In this document: positions 37,101 through 50,469 of the stretch, piece by piece
Position numbering within the stretch: position 1 is the first letter of the stretch
How the letters are laid out: each line of letters begins with the position of its first letter
Assembly (NCBI GenBank): GCA_013265495.1
Contig: MU058241.1
Coordinates: 931,249-995,248 of the forward strand
Direction: 5' to 3'
Length of the DNA stretch: 64,000 bases
From: Vicugna vicugna
Lineage: Eukaryota
The notes under the pieces: model-generated
What the model saw: only the letters and a program-made list of their open reading frames with translations
The model's database searches: none
What the model was told of the DNA's origin: nothing
Program-made: the position numbers and the translations under genes

Positions 37101-40074
37101 TTATAAATCCTATGAAGAAAATATAAAACAAGAAGCAAATTCGCCAGCATGGAACCATGTGTAATAATCAGAGAACAGTTTTAGAATGGTGAGATAATCA
37201 AAAACACTGAATTCGGACAATCCCAGCTAAGGACAAATTACATATCCCTATAGAGGTATGTAAGAGGTAAGATAATTTATTTTTCTTTGGATAGATACCT
37301 GGACAGTTTCCAGTGCAGGGCTAGAAATAATTGAATGGAAAATTCTACTCCATGTGTGTACCTGGTCTTTGATTTAACCCAAGTAAACGACAGCCAAAAG
37401 AGTAAGGAATGAAATGCAAGAAGGAGATGGCCGTCATGAGGGATCAATTTTTTTCTTTCACATCTTTTGGCTATCTTGAAACCTCTATTTTTTTTTTCCT
37501 GTAGTAATATATGCAAACCCTTTAAAAGAGGGGTGGTCCAGAGCCAATGCCTCTGTGTTCAACGGTAACTAAGCAAATCAATTCCAGGATGTTCAAACCA
37601 AGCAGTTACACCACGTGATCACTGAACTAATCTATATGCAGCTTCATTCTCTTCTGAATACTTTTTTATAGTCTTCCCATCTGTTACAACCACAACTTAT
37701 ACAGAAAAAAAGACGTCTAAGACCATCCTACGTACCTATAGATGGTGTTTGATCCTGAAGTCACCGCTCTTACAAGTATAATTTCAGTGGCTACAATCAA
37801 CACGCACCCTTTTGAATAATTACCTATGCCCTCTTTGGTCCAAGATTAAGAGTTAGGTCCTCTCCTGCCTCCCCTGCTACCTGGCTAGTTTACAAAAGGC
37901 ACAGTCTAGACGGAATCCACAGCTCACAGTCTAATAGTACTAGGCTCCAAAGAATGCTCAAAAACACTCCTAACATATCGATCAGACCTCGGGACCTACG
38001 TGAAAGAAGAAACTCAAAACATTTTTTTTCTACGGAAACCAAGAAGAAAAGTAATTTTGGAATCTGGGGTTTGTGTAGTGGCCTACATGTAAATTTCTTC
38101 TTAAGTGATGGAATTTCATCTTGTCTGGAAAACTAAAGTAACAGGAAATAACTAAGACCAAAAAATGGATTTAAAAGGGGTAACTTACATAAATTTTACA
38201 TAAAGCATTTGAAGAGCACAGTATGATTTTAAATGTCTCCAATTTTATTTGAAAACCAAATAGGTATTAATTACGCTTTAGTAGCATCAAATTGAGACAA
38301 ATGGGTCTGTGACAGGAGATATCCTTAATTCTAAGCTTTCCCCTCAACTGACTTCTTAGGAATGCCAACTCTATTGCACATAGAATCTTCCAAGAAAGAC
38401 CATCATTTCTGAAGACGTGAAATGGCCACTATGGTCAGCGTCTTCAATTCAACTATATGGCATATTATCTCCATTTTATCTATTTTCAGGGTGCCATTAT
38501 GAAAATTCACATATTCGCTCCTTTTTCAGCAAATATGCCCTGAATACACGGCACATATCTGTCTCTGAGCTAAGTAAAGTGTGTATTATGGTGGTGATCG
38601 AGACTCACAAAGTTGCAGAAAAATGACTATAAAGATTTAATCTATTTTCAGCAAAAAACATGCTTAAGGTGTATGTGTTTTAAGACTTCCAAATCTCTAT
38701 ATGACCACCCTCAACAGCCTTTAATAGAGTATCTTTATGCAAGAATTTATGTCTACATCTCTGTAACGAAAGGACATGGTGACTTTATCTTTGATAGAAT
38801 TTCGATTTTTCTTATTTTCATCTTGAGTCTATTTTCTCGGTGTGATTTTCAACTGATTAGTCTAGAAAGGATTCATTTTCCAAGTTAGCGATCACTTGAT
38901 TGGTTTGAGTCTGAGGGGTCTCGAACTTTTTCAACCACCAGAAAAATCTCACTGCTGGTGTTGGGTTAGTAATGATCCTCTTGTAGCAACTATGATTTTC
39001 AAATAAGTTACATAAACTTACGTGATGCTCACATAATTTATTGTCTGATGTATTTGTGCCTGAAAATTGGAAGGCAAGACACTCTTTGAAATGCCAATAC
39101 TCATATCTTAGTATCTAGTTCTATTCTGCCGCCACTTAGAATGGTAATGCTGAGGACTGTGCAGGTCTTCATGCCTGGACCTGCTCGAACACTGGAGGCC
39201 CACGGAGCGGGGGTGTAACAGGAAGTTTCCAAACAGGGGCAAGTTTTAGTCCAGAAAGTTTAATTTACCTTCAGATGCTCATCTATTCTAAGGCTCTGAG
39301 AGACTTAAGGATCACAGTTTTTGCTTGATTTACATTCTGACTCCTCCTTGGAGAATTTCTAGGGATCCAATAAACACAGAACTGAGATCTTAGAGATCGA
39401 CCCATCATGCTGATGAAACGTTACCGAGACAGAACTACAATCCAGAAAATCAATGTATGTCTACACAAGCAGATTTATTTAAAGGGCTCATAATTTTCCA
39501 GTTTATTTTTATTTTTTAATGATGATCCTGCTTACATGGAAAATGTAGGAATTTTGCTTTTGCAAAATACAAAGGGGCCAGAGGCAAACAGATGAACTTC
39601 AGGACCCTGTTTTGTTATTTCTTGCAATTTGTTCTTAAGCTAGTTCAGTGTTTCAATAACAAAGTTATTTTTTATGCAATGAATTATTGCTTAGGCAGGC
39701 ACAGGAAGAGGGAAACAGAGCAGTCGTCAGCACGCTGGCTTCAGAAGACATCAGTGAAGAAAATCTGTGGTTCCTGTACCCCAAGTTTTCTTCCAAAAAT
39801 AACTTAAATGGATGTTAAAAACTAACAGACTTTAAATATAAATATAAAAGTTGAAATTAAATATCAAATCAAATCAAATTAGATATAAAAGTTGGTCACG
39901 AACTTGAGTCAGTTTCCTCATCTACTCCCACCTCTTTGTAGGTTCTGCAAATGGAGGTGAAGTATACACTTCACAGACGGATAACATATTTAAAACAGTC
40001 ATAACATGTATTTGATAAGGCGTGATTCTATAATGAAGCTTTCATGTTTCTTCTTTACAAAATTTCATATGAAG

Positions 40075-40158
40075 TTTTTTCACTGGAGTATAGTTGATTT
40101 ACAATGTTGAGTTAGTTTCTAGTGTCCAGCAAAGTGATTCCATTGTATTTATTTATTT
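40075..40158 (-). mobile_element. Very short cetartiodactyl L1 3' tip
   Basis: ttttttcactggagtatagttgatttacaatgttgagttagtttctagtgtccagcaaagtgattc. Confidence 0.75.
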
Positions 40159-40699
40159 CCCCCCTTGCCTTCCCGGCTTTCAGGAACTTAGGGGAGAGGA
40201 AAGCTACAGAGAAATTGAGTCATTCAAGATTTATGTGAAGTGGGCCACGTGGAGAGCCCCGCATGAAGTCTACCTCCCCATTTCTGGAGATGGAAGGCTG
40301 GGATCAGATCCCAACTCTCCCTCACTTTTTCCACTTTCTGAGAGGGGCTGTGGAAATGCCTCAGATGAAGTGCTGAATCTGGCCGGAAAGAGAACCAAGC
40401 TGACTGTGTAACGGAAGTAAAGGATTCAAGGACTTAATTTGAATTCAGAGAATAATCAGATACCTGAGAGTACCACCTTCCTGGTGGAGAAGCCATTTCC
40501 TGGAGAAAAGCCAGCGGGAGGATTCTGCTACACGTGCACCAGAGGACAAACCAACCCTCTTCGAGTCCAAGGGCTCAAGGAAACTCGGTATTCAAACCGC
40601 ACCCACGACAAACACAAGGGGAAAGGTGCTGAGAAGCGTCTGTCCGTGTCCTATCAGTAAAATCTCTGCAAAGGGCCACCCATGACAAACGTGGTCAAA

Positions 40700-41690
40700 A
40701 CAGAACAGTAAAGCAACCATCTCTGAAAACGCAGGAGGCTGTAAAAGTGCCCAGGAAATAGCTCTAAGAGGCTGGGAAAACATGTGACCGTGTTCTGCCA
40801 TCACAGTGTGCTGGTAAAACTGTTGTCTCTGGCAACATTGGAAGACAGATAACGTACCTAACGAATTGCTGTACTGGGACAGATACTACAAATGACTACA
40901 GATCACTATGCAAATCACTACAAGAGTCATCTGGGCCTTACTAACTGCATATGAGAAGGTACTAAAATAAATGGAATGAATGTAGAAAGGGCAGGCTAAT
41001 TTGGAGACAGAATTTGGAGAAAACAGAGTCTGGGAAGAGCAAAATTGGAAAACAAGTATGTGTCTTATTACCAGCCTGCTGAATGAGAACATGAATCCCC
41101 ACAAAAGTTAAAATCCTGGGGGTAAAACCCCGGAACTCCCAGAAAGCTGCAGCCTCAGGGTAATGACCAAACAGAGAGCGCTGCAGTGAGAGCCTGCACT
41201 GAGGTTTCTGAAATGGGGAAGACGGGGCCTGGCAGAACCGCCTGACTGGACACAGCAGCTACTACGAAAATGAGGGCGTTGTTTCTGCATGGCCTTGCAC
41301 ACCCCAAGGAGTGGCTGAGTCTGAGAGGAAAGCATCTCTCAAAGAGAAGCGCTACTTCCTTCTGGCACCAGCATGGCATCAAGCTCATAGGAGACCCTCT
41401 CAAATTCTGAGACAGCTGTACCGGCAAAAGCATCACCAGACTGTGATAAGAGGGAGTGGCTTAGTTCAAAATGCAAACGCAAGCCTCAGGATCTCCAGCG
41501 ACGGAAGGGCAGGAAGCAGGCGGAGACCTCTGTTCAAAGGATGTATTTTCTTCTTATTGAACAGCTAAGGAACATGCTGAAAAAGAAAGAACATTCCAGA
41601 AAGTGGAGCCCAAAGCATGGAGAACAAGAGACTAGGGACCACTTCCAGGAAGCTGACTTAACCCAGGTGTATTTTCCACCCCTGGAAAAG
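40700..41690 (+). mobile_element. MaLR internal sequence (MLT1-int-like)
   Basis: gaggctgggaaaacatgtgaccgtgtt...tggtaaaactgttgtctctggcaacattggaagacagataacgtacctaacgaatt...ctaactgcatatgagaaggtacta. Confidence 0.65.
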
Positions 41691-43089
41691 GGCCCTTCTA
41701 TAATTCACAGCCGTGTAAATAATGAAACAGATATGCATATGCTCATTTTCACAGCTCTCCAATTTATATATTTTATGAAAAGAAAAAAAGGAAGTTGTCA
41801 CTTATCATTTTGAATGTTTTAGTGCTCTATAAATTTTTAAACATGTGTCTACTTTTTTAACTATCAGTAGTGACACCCAGATGGTGATATTAAGAATCAT
41901 TTTCTGTTTTCTTCATTATAGTTCTGTACATTAAAAAATAAACTCATGTTATTTTAAAATAACATGAATTTTAAAATTCTTAAATTTTAAGAAGTGTAAC
42001 TAATAAAAAAAATTCTTATTCTAGGATGTTCTGTTGAAACACTTGAGACAAATATTCAAAGTTTATGAAAACTAGCTGGCATAGCATCACTTGTTTTAGG
42101 GAAAAAAAAAATGAACCACTTTATTGCCCCAAAGTTGAAGGCGTAATTTTTTTTTCAAAGAGTATTTGTTAGCCATTAAAACATAAAATATTTGTTAGTC
42201 ATTAAAATAATTTAGATCACCTTATTATCATCAACTTAAGTTCCTAAATATTATACTAAGTGGTTAAAAAAAAAGATGATCTGTTAGCATACGTAGCTAT
42301 AATCCAGTTTTTGAAAGTATATATCTACCTCCACTAGGCAACAGTCTGAGTGCCCATCAACATCTAATTTAAATACATATAAAAATAAATTAACTAGATA
42401 AAATGTCATAAAATTAAAATATGGCAGAAAGTTAAAAATACATAATTTCAATCCTGAACTCTGCCCATTGTTAAGCCACCAACATGAAAGTTAAATATTA
42501 AATCGATTATAAAAAGAAGTAATTCACACATTAACTCTCCAGATGAAAACTGAGCATCCCTGACTGTCAGTAAGGTGAGGATTTCCAAATCTACGAACCC
42601 AACTCTCACTTCCCGTGTGAGCCCCAGAGCTTTTCTGATGCTTCTGAGGCACCTCTAATAGGATTTGCAATAAACACTATGTAAAAAAAAAAAACAAAAC
42701 TATTTTTTTCTCCCAAACCGATCATTTGCATTCTCGAGTATTTATGCATTTTCCTGAGATGACTCTCTGCTAATCACCATGCAATGGTGTCGTAAAAGGC
42801 ATTAAACAGTATCTACAGTGAGTAACCCCTCTGGCCATTACGATGAGAACGATATCATTTATCTCACGGGGTTCTGAGGAGTATTTAAATGCAGTGCCTC
42901 TAACATGTCCAAAGAAGTCGAGACGAAGCAAGCACTAAATGAACGGCAGGTGCCCTTAACATGATCGTTCTCTTTATTCTGCATGTCGTATTTAAATACG
43001 TAGGCCTGATTTTTAACTAGCTACCTTATTAAATATGCTTATGTTTTCTATTACTTTATTGTTATTATTATTACTATTACCACCACTCA

Positions 43090-43960
43090 TTCTTTCAGCT
43101 TTCCTATCTTTAAAAACGTTAATTTTGATTTCCAAAATTTTAAATAACTGTATTGGCTAGCCCTTGCATACTGCTGTTAGTAATAAAGTGAGAGAAGGCA
43201 CCCTTCTTTCTTATTGAGTCTGGTAAATGTTTCCTTCATCATCAAGACATATTTAGGCATTTGGTTGAAATTATTTTTTATTACTTTCATTTCTATTTTA
43301 CCTAGAACTTTGATCTGAAATAGTGGTTGGATTTTATCAAATTCTTTTTTGGCACTTATTGAAACAGCAAAGTTTTTTTGCTTCATTTAACTTAATAATG
43401 TTATGGATTATATTAATACATCTTCTAGTATTAAATCATTCTGGTATTCCTAAAATAGGTGTTATTTCATCCTGCGGTATTACTGCTTAATACACTGCTG
43501 GCTTAAATGTTCACATAAAGAGTCTGCATTAATATTTATATAATAGAGATGACATGTATGCATAAAACTTTCTTAACTTCCCGATCACTGTCAGATTTTA
43601 ATATCAGAGTTAACCTATCTTTATAGTATTTAATACAACTACTCCTCCTTTTTATACGGCTGGGGTCAGTTTTAATACCACAGGGATTAATTATTCCTTT
43701 AAAGTTCAACAGCACAATGATTTCGCTTTCCTTACACTATGGGGGTAAATCACCTCTGAAGTAACCTTCCTTGGTCACTTTGTAAGTAAGCAGAGAGTGG
43801 ATGTAGTTTTTGATAACTTTTTTCAGTTGATACATGACTATCAGTTAAAGTTAAACTAAAATTTCCTAAAATTTCACCAAGGAAAAGATGCATCTCATAC
43901 TTCCTTATAAGTATTCCACTGTTTTCCCTATATATCCCAATTTTACATTCTTACTTATCC
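43090..43960 (-). mobile_element. Ancient L1 ORF2 reverse-transcriptase region
   Basis: ORF 43177-43386(-) KNFAVSISAKKEFDKIQPLFQIKVLGKI resembles L1 ORF2p [26 protein letters not shown]. Confidence 0.8.
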
Positions 43961-45306
43961 TTTATGTTTACCGCCCCCTCCCCTCTTTCTTCCTCCCTCT
44001 CTTTTTCCATTTCCCACCTCTCGCTTTTCCTCACTTGGACTAGTGTACACAGAATTTTCTCCTTTGGTTCTGCAATGTGCACCATGCCTTAGGAAATTAG
44101 ACTCTGAATAATTAGCAGGTTTGTTTCTAGATTATAAGGCCATCTCTAAGACAGCAAATGCAGATCTGCAATCACCTATGAATCCTTCGCTTATAAATGG
44201 CTTGGAGAAACTTATTGGAGCTAAGATGAAATCATCACTAAAGCGAATATGCTTGTCTCAGGAAGGAATAAGAAAATGCGAAGCAAGCTACCAAACCCAA
44301 TGACATGAAGCCAGAAAACAAAGAAATGAACAAACGCAGAGCTCTCTGCAGAAGTAAGGCTGCTGCAGCGGGCACGGCCAGCTTGTTGTCCGGGGAATGC
44401 TCTGAGCCCTGACTGTGCTCTGGGAATTGGCCCGAACGTGGAGCTGCAGTGGGTGCCCAGCCGCAGCCCAGCCACAAGGAACATCACTCTCGCGTCCCAC
44501 GTCAACCACCTGCACTCCGAGCAGAACCCCAGATCAGGAGGATGCCCAACGCCGAGACTAAGAGTGGCCCTGGGTCCACTGCTCCCCATCTCTCCTCTGC
44601 ACACAAATCAGTCAGCCTGGGCAGAGCCTGACTCCTTAAAATACTTAATGTGATCAGCTCAGGTGGCAGAGCTGAACAGGCCAGACTGGTATAAACTGGT
44701 CCTAGCTGGTACAGTCAAGTCTCTCCACATTCTTGGAACCAGATCCTAGATTTATACTCTGACGAGATGTCCCCAGCAGGTACCAGATGAAGCCATACCG
44801 AGCCAAATCTAATACTGTGACCGCAGTGGAACTTCCTCATCTCCCAGCTCTTAGAATGAGGCCAATTACTGGGCACTTAAACTGACTTTAGCTCCAGAAC
44901 AGGTGGACAACCAGTCACCCTACAGAGTCATCTGCACCCAGCCCATCCTCTTCCACAAACGGTCCTCTGATTCCTGTTCTGGCTTTACGTGTTCTGTTCT
45001 CCACAGTGGGCACCTTCTCTCTTAAGAGGATTGGGGTCAACTGGAACAAGGAGACTGCTGCCAGATTCAAGTTGTAAACACTGCAAGTTTGTTCAAAGAA
45101 ACTGGGAGAGTATTTATTTGTCCATTCTACCCTGTTTTCCTAACTTCAAAGTACCATTTTTGTTTTTAACTTTATTAATTTCTCCTCCCTCCCATTTTTA
45201 GGGTGATCTAGTCAAATTGTTGTAAGGTTTATTCTATTGGATTTGAAATTAAAATATTATACTGTTTCGATTTTCATCTAAGGTCATTTTGGATTGGACT
45301 GTGTGC

Positions 45307-45975
45307 CAGCAACGTCTGGAGCTGCCTCACACTGATTTGCTGATTGCTCAGGAATTTCGGGAGCCTGCTGTTCAATGCTGTCGTTGTTAAAAGTTATATA
45401 AACGCAGTCAGAATGGTATTAAAAGCAGGGTCATAAACCAACGCTCTACTTCTCTCCTTGTCTCACTACTCAGTGTCTCTGCTCTGGAGGCTGCCTGTGT
45501 CTACGGTGGAAATGCTACATTCACCAGCACATCTCCTCCCATTCCACGCCCAGTGACCATGTTGGGAGCTTGACATTGGCTATGGTGGGGGCACTCCCAC
45601 CCCAGAAATCAGCAAGTGGTAGAAATCAGGAGTTAATTTACTGTCCCTTTGATTATCCAGACTCAAGAAAATGTCAGAGGAAATGTTAAGAGCACAGCTT
45701 AACCAGAGAAGAATGTCTACAGTCATTACACTGTGAGTAACAAACATGAAAAGTGGAGGGAACATCTTCCAGTATTTGACGCCTATCGACAACACAGCTC
45801 AGCAGAGAAATGACTCAGTGACTGACGCACAAGTGAAGTTCCGACCTCCATCTTTCCTGTTTTATTTCTGTCTTACCCATTAATATAAACGAATTACACA
45901 GACGCCATTCACGCTTGAAATACACTTACAAAAGCCGCTGCCAGTCACCCGCCCAGCCCTAGCCATCTCCGGTGC
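45307..45975 (+). mobile_element. MER63-type (hAT-Blackjack) DNA transposon relic
   Basis: caggaatttcgggagcctgctgtt...gttgggagcttgacattggctatggtggggg...agaaatcagcaagtggtagaaatcagg...tcttccagtatttga...gtgaagttccgac. Confidence 0.75.
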
Positions 45976-46049
45976 GTTTAGACTTGTACTCCACTCAGCA
46001 GCATTATTTTCTAAATAACGTGCAATTACATTTTAAATGTTCTCTTGTT

Positions 46050-46760
46050 TTAATGTCCTTAATCTCTAAATGCCCTCTTAAGTAACTCTAGTGATTTACA
46101 GAGTGCTGTTTTTCAAGGAACACACCCACTCAGGATTTTATTACACTTGTTGGTTATTAAGTTCTAATTTTATTGTTCCCTGGTCATAAAGCGTGGCGTC
46201 TCCTACTGCCCCCTCCAGTGATTTATTGGGGGGTTTCCTTGTGGCCAAACAGAAAGGCAAATTTTGCCAGTGCTCTGTGGGTCCTGGAAGGGAAGGCGTG
46301 CTCTGCATACCTTGGCACTGTGTACGTGGGTATCAGATACGCAGACACACACGCTCAGTTCTGGTAACTGTTCTGTTTAGTTCTTCCTCCAACTTTCCAT
46401 ACCTTGTTTACATGCCTGGAAGCCTGAGCCTCCCCTCCTCCCCGTATTCCTAACGGTTTTACCCGTGATGATCAAGCACATTCAGTTTACTTATGCTTGT
46501 CGACACTTGTCCTAACTGTCTGGATCAGTCTGTTCTAGGTGCGTCTCTGGCTGACAATTTATCATCTGATCTTAATCAGTAATGAGTGCTCTTTTACATT
46601 AACAGAGACCCTATTCGCACTTACTGTCCAAGGGCAGTGGGATTAAATGTGCCATTTTACATGGTATGTTCCATAGACGGAGGTGTCTCTCTGTGTCTTT
46701 CCCATTTCTGTTTCTTTGTGGGAAGCACAGGAGTTTTTAAGTGTGATTTTAGGCCATTTC
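46050..46760 (-). mobile_element. Ancient L1 ORF2 5' (endonuclease) region, probably the same insertion as 43090-43960
   Basis: gttattaagttctaattttattgttccctggtcataaagcgtgg...gtggccaaacagaaaggcaaattttgccagtgctctgtgggtcctggaagggaaggcgtgctctg. Confidence 0.6.
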
Positions 46761-47849
46761 TTTGGCTCTCGTAAAAGGATCACAGAAATACACCATTTTC
46801 TCAACGGTAAGATGTTCTAACCATCTCTACCCAGTTGACAGCTGACAGGAGGCTGTGTTTTGTTTTTGTTGAAATACCTATCTCTATATCTGACCTTCAG
46901 TTAGTCTCATAACCAGATGGAGTGTGGATAGGCCAAATCCCACTAACTTCATTACCTCACTCTTCTCCGTGTGGAGCGAGTGACATTCCCTGCCTCGTTG
47001 TGGGGACGTCGCTCCCAAGAAAGATGAGCCTTCATGCTGTGAGGACAGCGTGAAGGTCGAGGGAGTGCTGGCAAGTCCGTCTTTCTATTCAGTGGAGCTG
47101 AGGTTTCCTTTCTCCACCAGAGCCTCCTCTTCGGCTACTGTCCCCAGAAGAGACAACTGTTGATGACTTGATGGATGCTAAAAAGTAGCTTGTCAGAGAT
47201 GTCACGCAAAAATAAAGTGTCTTGTAAAGATTAAAGCATGTATGATACATTTCCAAGCTTTTACCTCGAGAATAACCTGTCTTACTGGGGGCTTCACGAC
47301 CACAAGTCAATAACCCATATGGGTTGTATTAAACACTCAGGCTGCAATCAAGACTGCAGACTGAATTTCAATGCACATGGCAATATATTTTCAATTTGCT
47401 CTTCATTACGTTTGTAAACATCTATTACAGCTAACATTGTTTCCTTAAAAACTTAGGCCCTTGGTCTGAAATTTAGTTAAATTCAAGCTATAAAAAGGTA
47501 GAAATAAGTCATTGAAAAGCTCAGAAGAATGAAAAGCTAAAAGCCAAGCAAGCAAATAATCCACTACTTTCATTCTCTCTTTTTATTCCAAATACGTATG
47601 TATTTCCCACTTTGGGGGGTATAGATACACAGATACACATGTGTGTGATATATATAATGTATATATTTTACATATAATGTTTTGTATATGAGATTACATA
47701 TAGCACTTCATTTATCTGAGATATGTATATATGTATCACGTATTTAATCATTATTCTTTCCACTTTAGGATTCTCCCAACTTATTCATGAGACCTTAGTA
47801 AGTGAAAAGCAGAAAATTACTTTACAAGCTCCTGGGACCAGTAATCCAA

Positions 47850-49250
47850 AATCTATCGTCCAGGTGCTCACAGGAGAGTACCGGAAAACCAAACAGCAGA
47901 CGGGAATGCTAAACGATGCTCCTGGAAAGCCCCAGTGTTTTTGAACCAGCGTGTGCCCTCTTCCATCTACCGTTCTGATTCATTTAAGAACCACCCCTGG
48001 CTCTCCACAGAATCCTGGCAGAGCCTAACATATCCCCAGTCATGTGACAGCAAGTGACCATGATGTGCAAGCTGTCCACTGTAAACTGGGTGCCATTTGA
48101 CACCCCTGTATTAACCACACCTTTTTATTTTCTGTAGTCTGTATTTTGACCCTGGCAGAATAGTCCCTTACAGGCTAGCCAGTTCCTAGACACAGTGAAT
48201 GTCTCACCCAGGAGAACACCGTTCACGTGCAAACCAAGCAGTGCAGAGCCCTCTACTGCTTCTCCCCAAAATGCTACCTTCACTGGGCTCTTAAACTCCA
48301 GGCCACTACCTCCCTGCCCAAATCACACCAGAGTCACGAGTCAGAACACAAGGCATAATTCTCCAGCCCAGAGCCTGCTGAGATCATTCAGGGGAACTCA
48401 CCCCAAACCTGCTTAGTCTGCTTATCTCAGCCATTCCTTCCCACATAGAAAGCTCTTGTCTGTATTCTCCGCTCTCCCTCCGGGCCAGCCCTGCTGCTTC
48501 CCTAGGAGGCCCTGCACCGCCTGCTCTGGCCCCTCCTCTTTGGAACTGTGAGGGACAAACTTCTCCATGGAAGTAATCTCTCGACCTGGTGGCCTGACCA
48601 TACCTGAACGATAGTAAAACCCACATTTCAAGATACAGCCCCCACACCCCCATCCACCCCCACCCAATCCTGACATTGGACACACACAGCAGGGTCCTCT
48701 GTGAAATGGAAGTGGTGAAACATGAGGTCAAGGAGCCCTCCGTGCAGGCGAGACCTGAATCAGTATGTCTAGCTGTCCCCTTCACTGTGACGGAGACAAG
48801 GCCCAAGGCTGGACATGGAGCGGCAGAGGGCAGTGCCCACTGGGCCAGTTGCCGGGTTCTGGGAAGGGTAAGACTTGAAGACCGTGATAAGGACGTCTGG
48901 AGAAGTGGTGTGTGAGAGATGTCGGAATGGGCAGAGTTGGGTGTATTTCTGCCGTCTGCTGATGCTCCCTGGTGGTGGGGGGTACCGTAGAGACAGGGCT
49001 CAGTAAGCAGGCGGATGTCAGCCAGCCTCCTCCCCGGCCACGGGGGGCTCAGTGGGACCATAGCGGGCTGCGGCAACGGAGGGTCCTCACCAGTTCCATA
49101 ATACGGACTTCTCCTCAGGAGGGTTTATCCGGGCTCCACCAGCACCACAACATGCCCAGAGCACTCGTCCAAGCACAGAGCGAATGGAAGCTCCCCCAAC
49201 ACACACCACAGCTGTACCGGGTCCAACAGACTTCTCAAGACCAGATCCAG
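47850..49250 (+). mobile_element. ERVL-class internal pol remnant (RNase H to integrase start), split by a solo LTR
   Basis: caagtgaccatgatgtgcaagctgtccactgtaaactgggtg | ggacacacacagcagggtcctctgtgaaatggaagtggt...gtgataaggacgtctggagaagtggtgtgtg...ggatgtcagccagcctcctccccggccac resembles the recalled ERVL pol; no intact frame. Confidence 0.65.
48107..48637 (+). mobile_element. Solo ERVL LTR (MER74-like)
   Basis: TGTATTAACCA...caggctagccagttcctaga...ccctcctctttggaactgtgag...ggcctgaccatacctgaacgatagtaaaacccacatttcaagataCA; 5-bp TSD acccc (48102-48106) / gcccc (48638-48642). Confidence 0.8.
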
Positions 49251-49764
49251 AGGCAAAGCTGGACAGGGAGACCTGGGCACACTGCCAATGTGACTTTTCT
49301 GAGACACAGTTACCCCTCCCCTTCAACCTGCATCCGTGGCCTCAGGGAAGGCAAGGGTAATGGATATCTTTTAAGGTATTTTTAATTAAAATTTTTATCA
49401 TTATACATTTTGTGAGTCATCAGTTGTTCAATCAGAAGCGTTTAAATATAACTTCTTTTCCTCATTTCAGGTAAATTAGAATTAGGTGTTTATCGAAACC
49501 CAGTGACACTTGTGTAATGGTTCATACACATAATTCTTAAACTGTTATTTTATCTAAGTCCTTCAGAATACATTTCTTTAAATTAAAATCACAATTAATC
49601 TGAAAACTCACCTTATAATATACTCTTTATATAATTTTTTGCCATTTTTGACTAGGAATATTTAATGTCTATTATACTCTTTATACCATGTTATATGTGA
49701 CAAACATATGATTTGAACCTAGAACTATAGTCACAATTTTTTGCTGTTGGTCAGTATCAGAAAG

Positions 49765-50170
49765 AAAATATTCAGATGGCAAAATTTACAGATTTTAAAA
49801 ACAAAAGGAAAAAGATGAGTGGTTGCCAGGGGCTAGGATGGAGGCAGGGATGGACAGGTGGAGCCCAGAGGCTTTTTAGGGCAGTGACTCTATTTTGTAT
49901 GATACTGTAATGGTGAATACAGGATACAGTGTATCTGGTAAAGCTCACAGAATGTACAACACAAAAAGAGAACCCTAATGTAAATGAGAGATTTTAGTTA
50001 ACAATAATGTCTCAGTACTGGTTCATCAATTGTAACAAAACGGATGACACTAACACAAGATGTTAATTATAAACTGACCAGAGGGAGAAAGCACTGTATA
50101 CACAAACTCTGTGTTTACTGTTCAATTCTTCTGTAAACCTCAAAGTGCTCTAAAGTCTTACTTTTTTAAA
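49765..50170 (+). mobile_element. L1MC-type 3' end
   Basis: gtggttgccaggggctagg...acaggtggagcccagaggctttttagggcagtga...gaaccctaatgtaaatg...ggttcatcaattgtaacaaa...ctgtaaacctcaaagtgctcta. Confidence 0.85.
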
Positions 50171-50469
50171 ATTCCATCTGTAGAGTTCAGAAGCTAAAAT
50201 GTTTCAGGCATCACGTAAATTCCCCGCCATCATCATCAGTAAGTTGCTGAGATATTTTACATCAATGACACAGAATGTCACAATACGTAAAATGTAATTT
50301 TTGAATTTAACAATCAAAAATTTAAAAAAAATTTTTTGCAAAGTATGAAGACAAGAGGAGTGTTACACACGGTTTGTACAGAAACCTACCTGCAGGGCGT
50401 ATGAGCTGAGTTAGAAGGGCCTCCTGCCCTCACCCGCCGCCTACATTCCTCCCCCTGCTCCCCGCGCTC

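Noticed and set aside
48384..49076. 230-aa ORF as a novel gene
   Set aside because: It runs antisense across an LTR and ERVL pol junction in GC-rich repeat DNA and has no recognisable domain.
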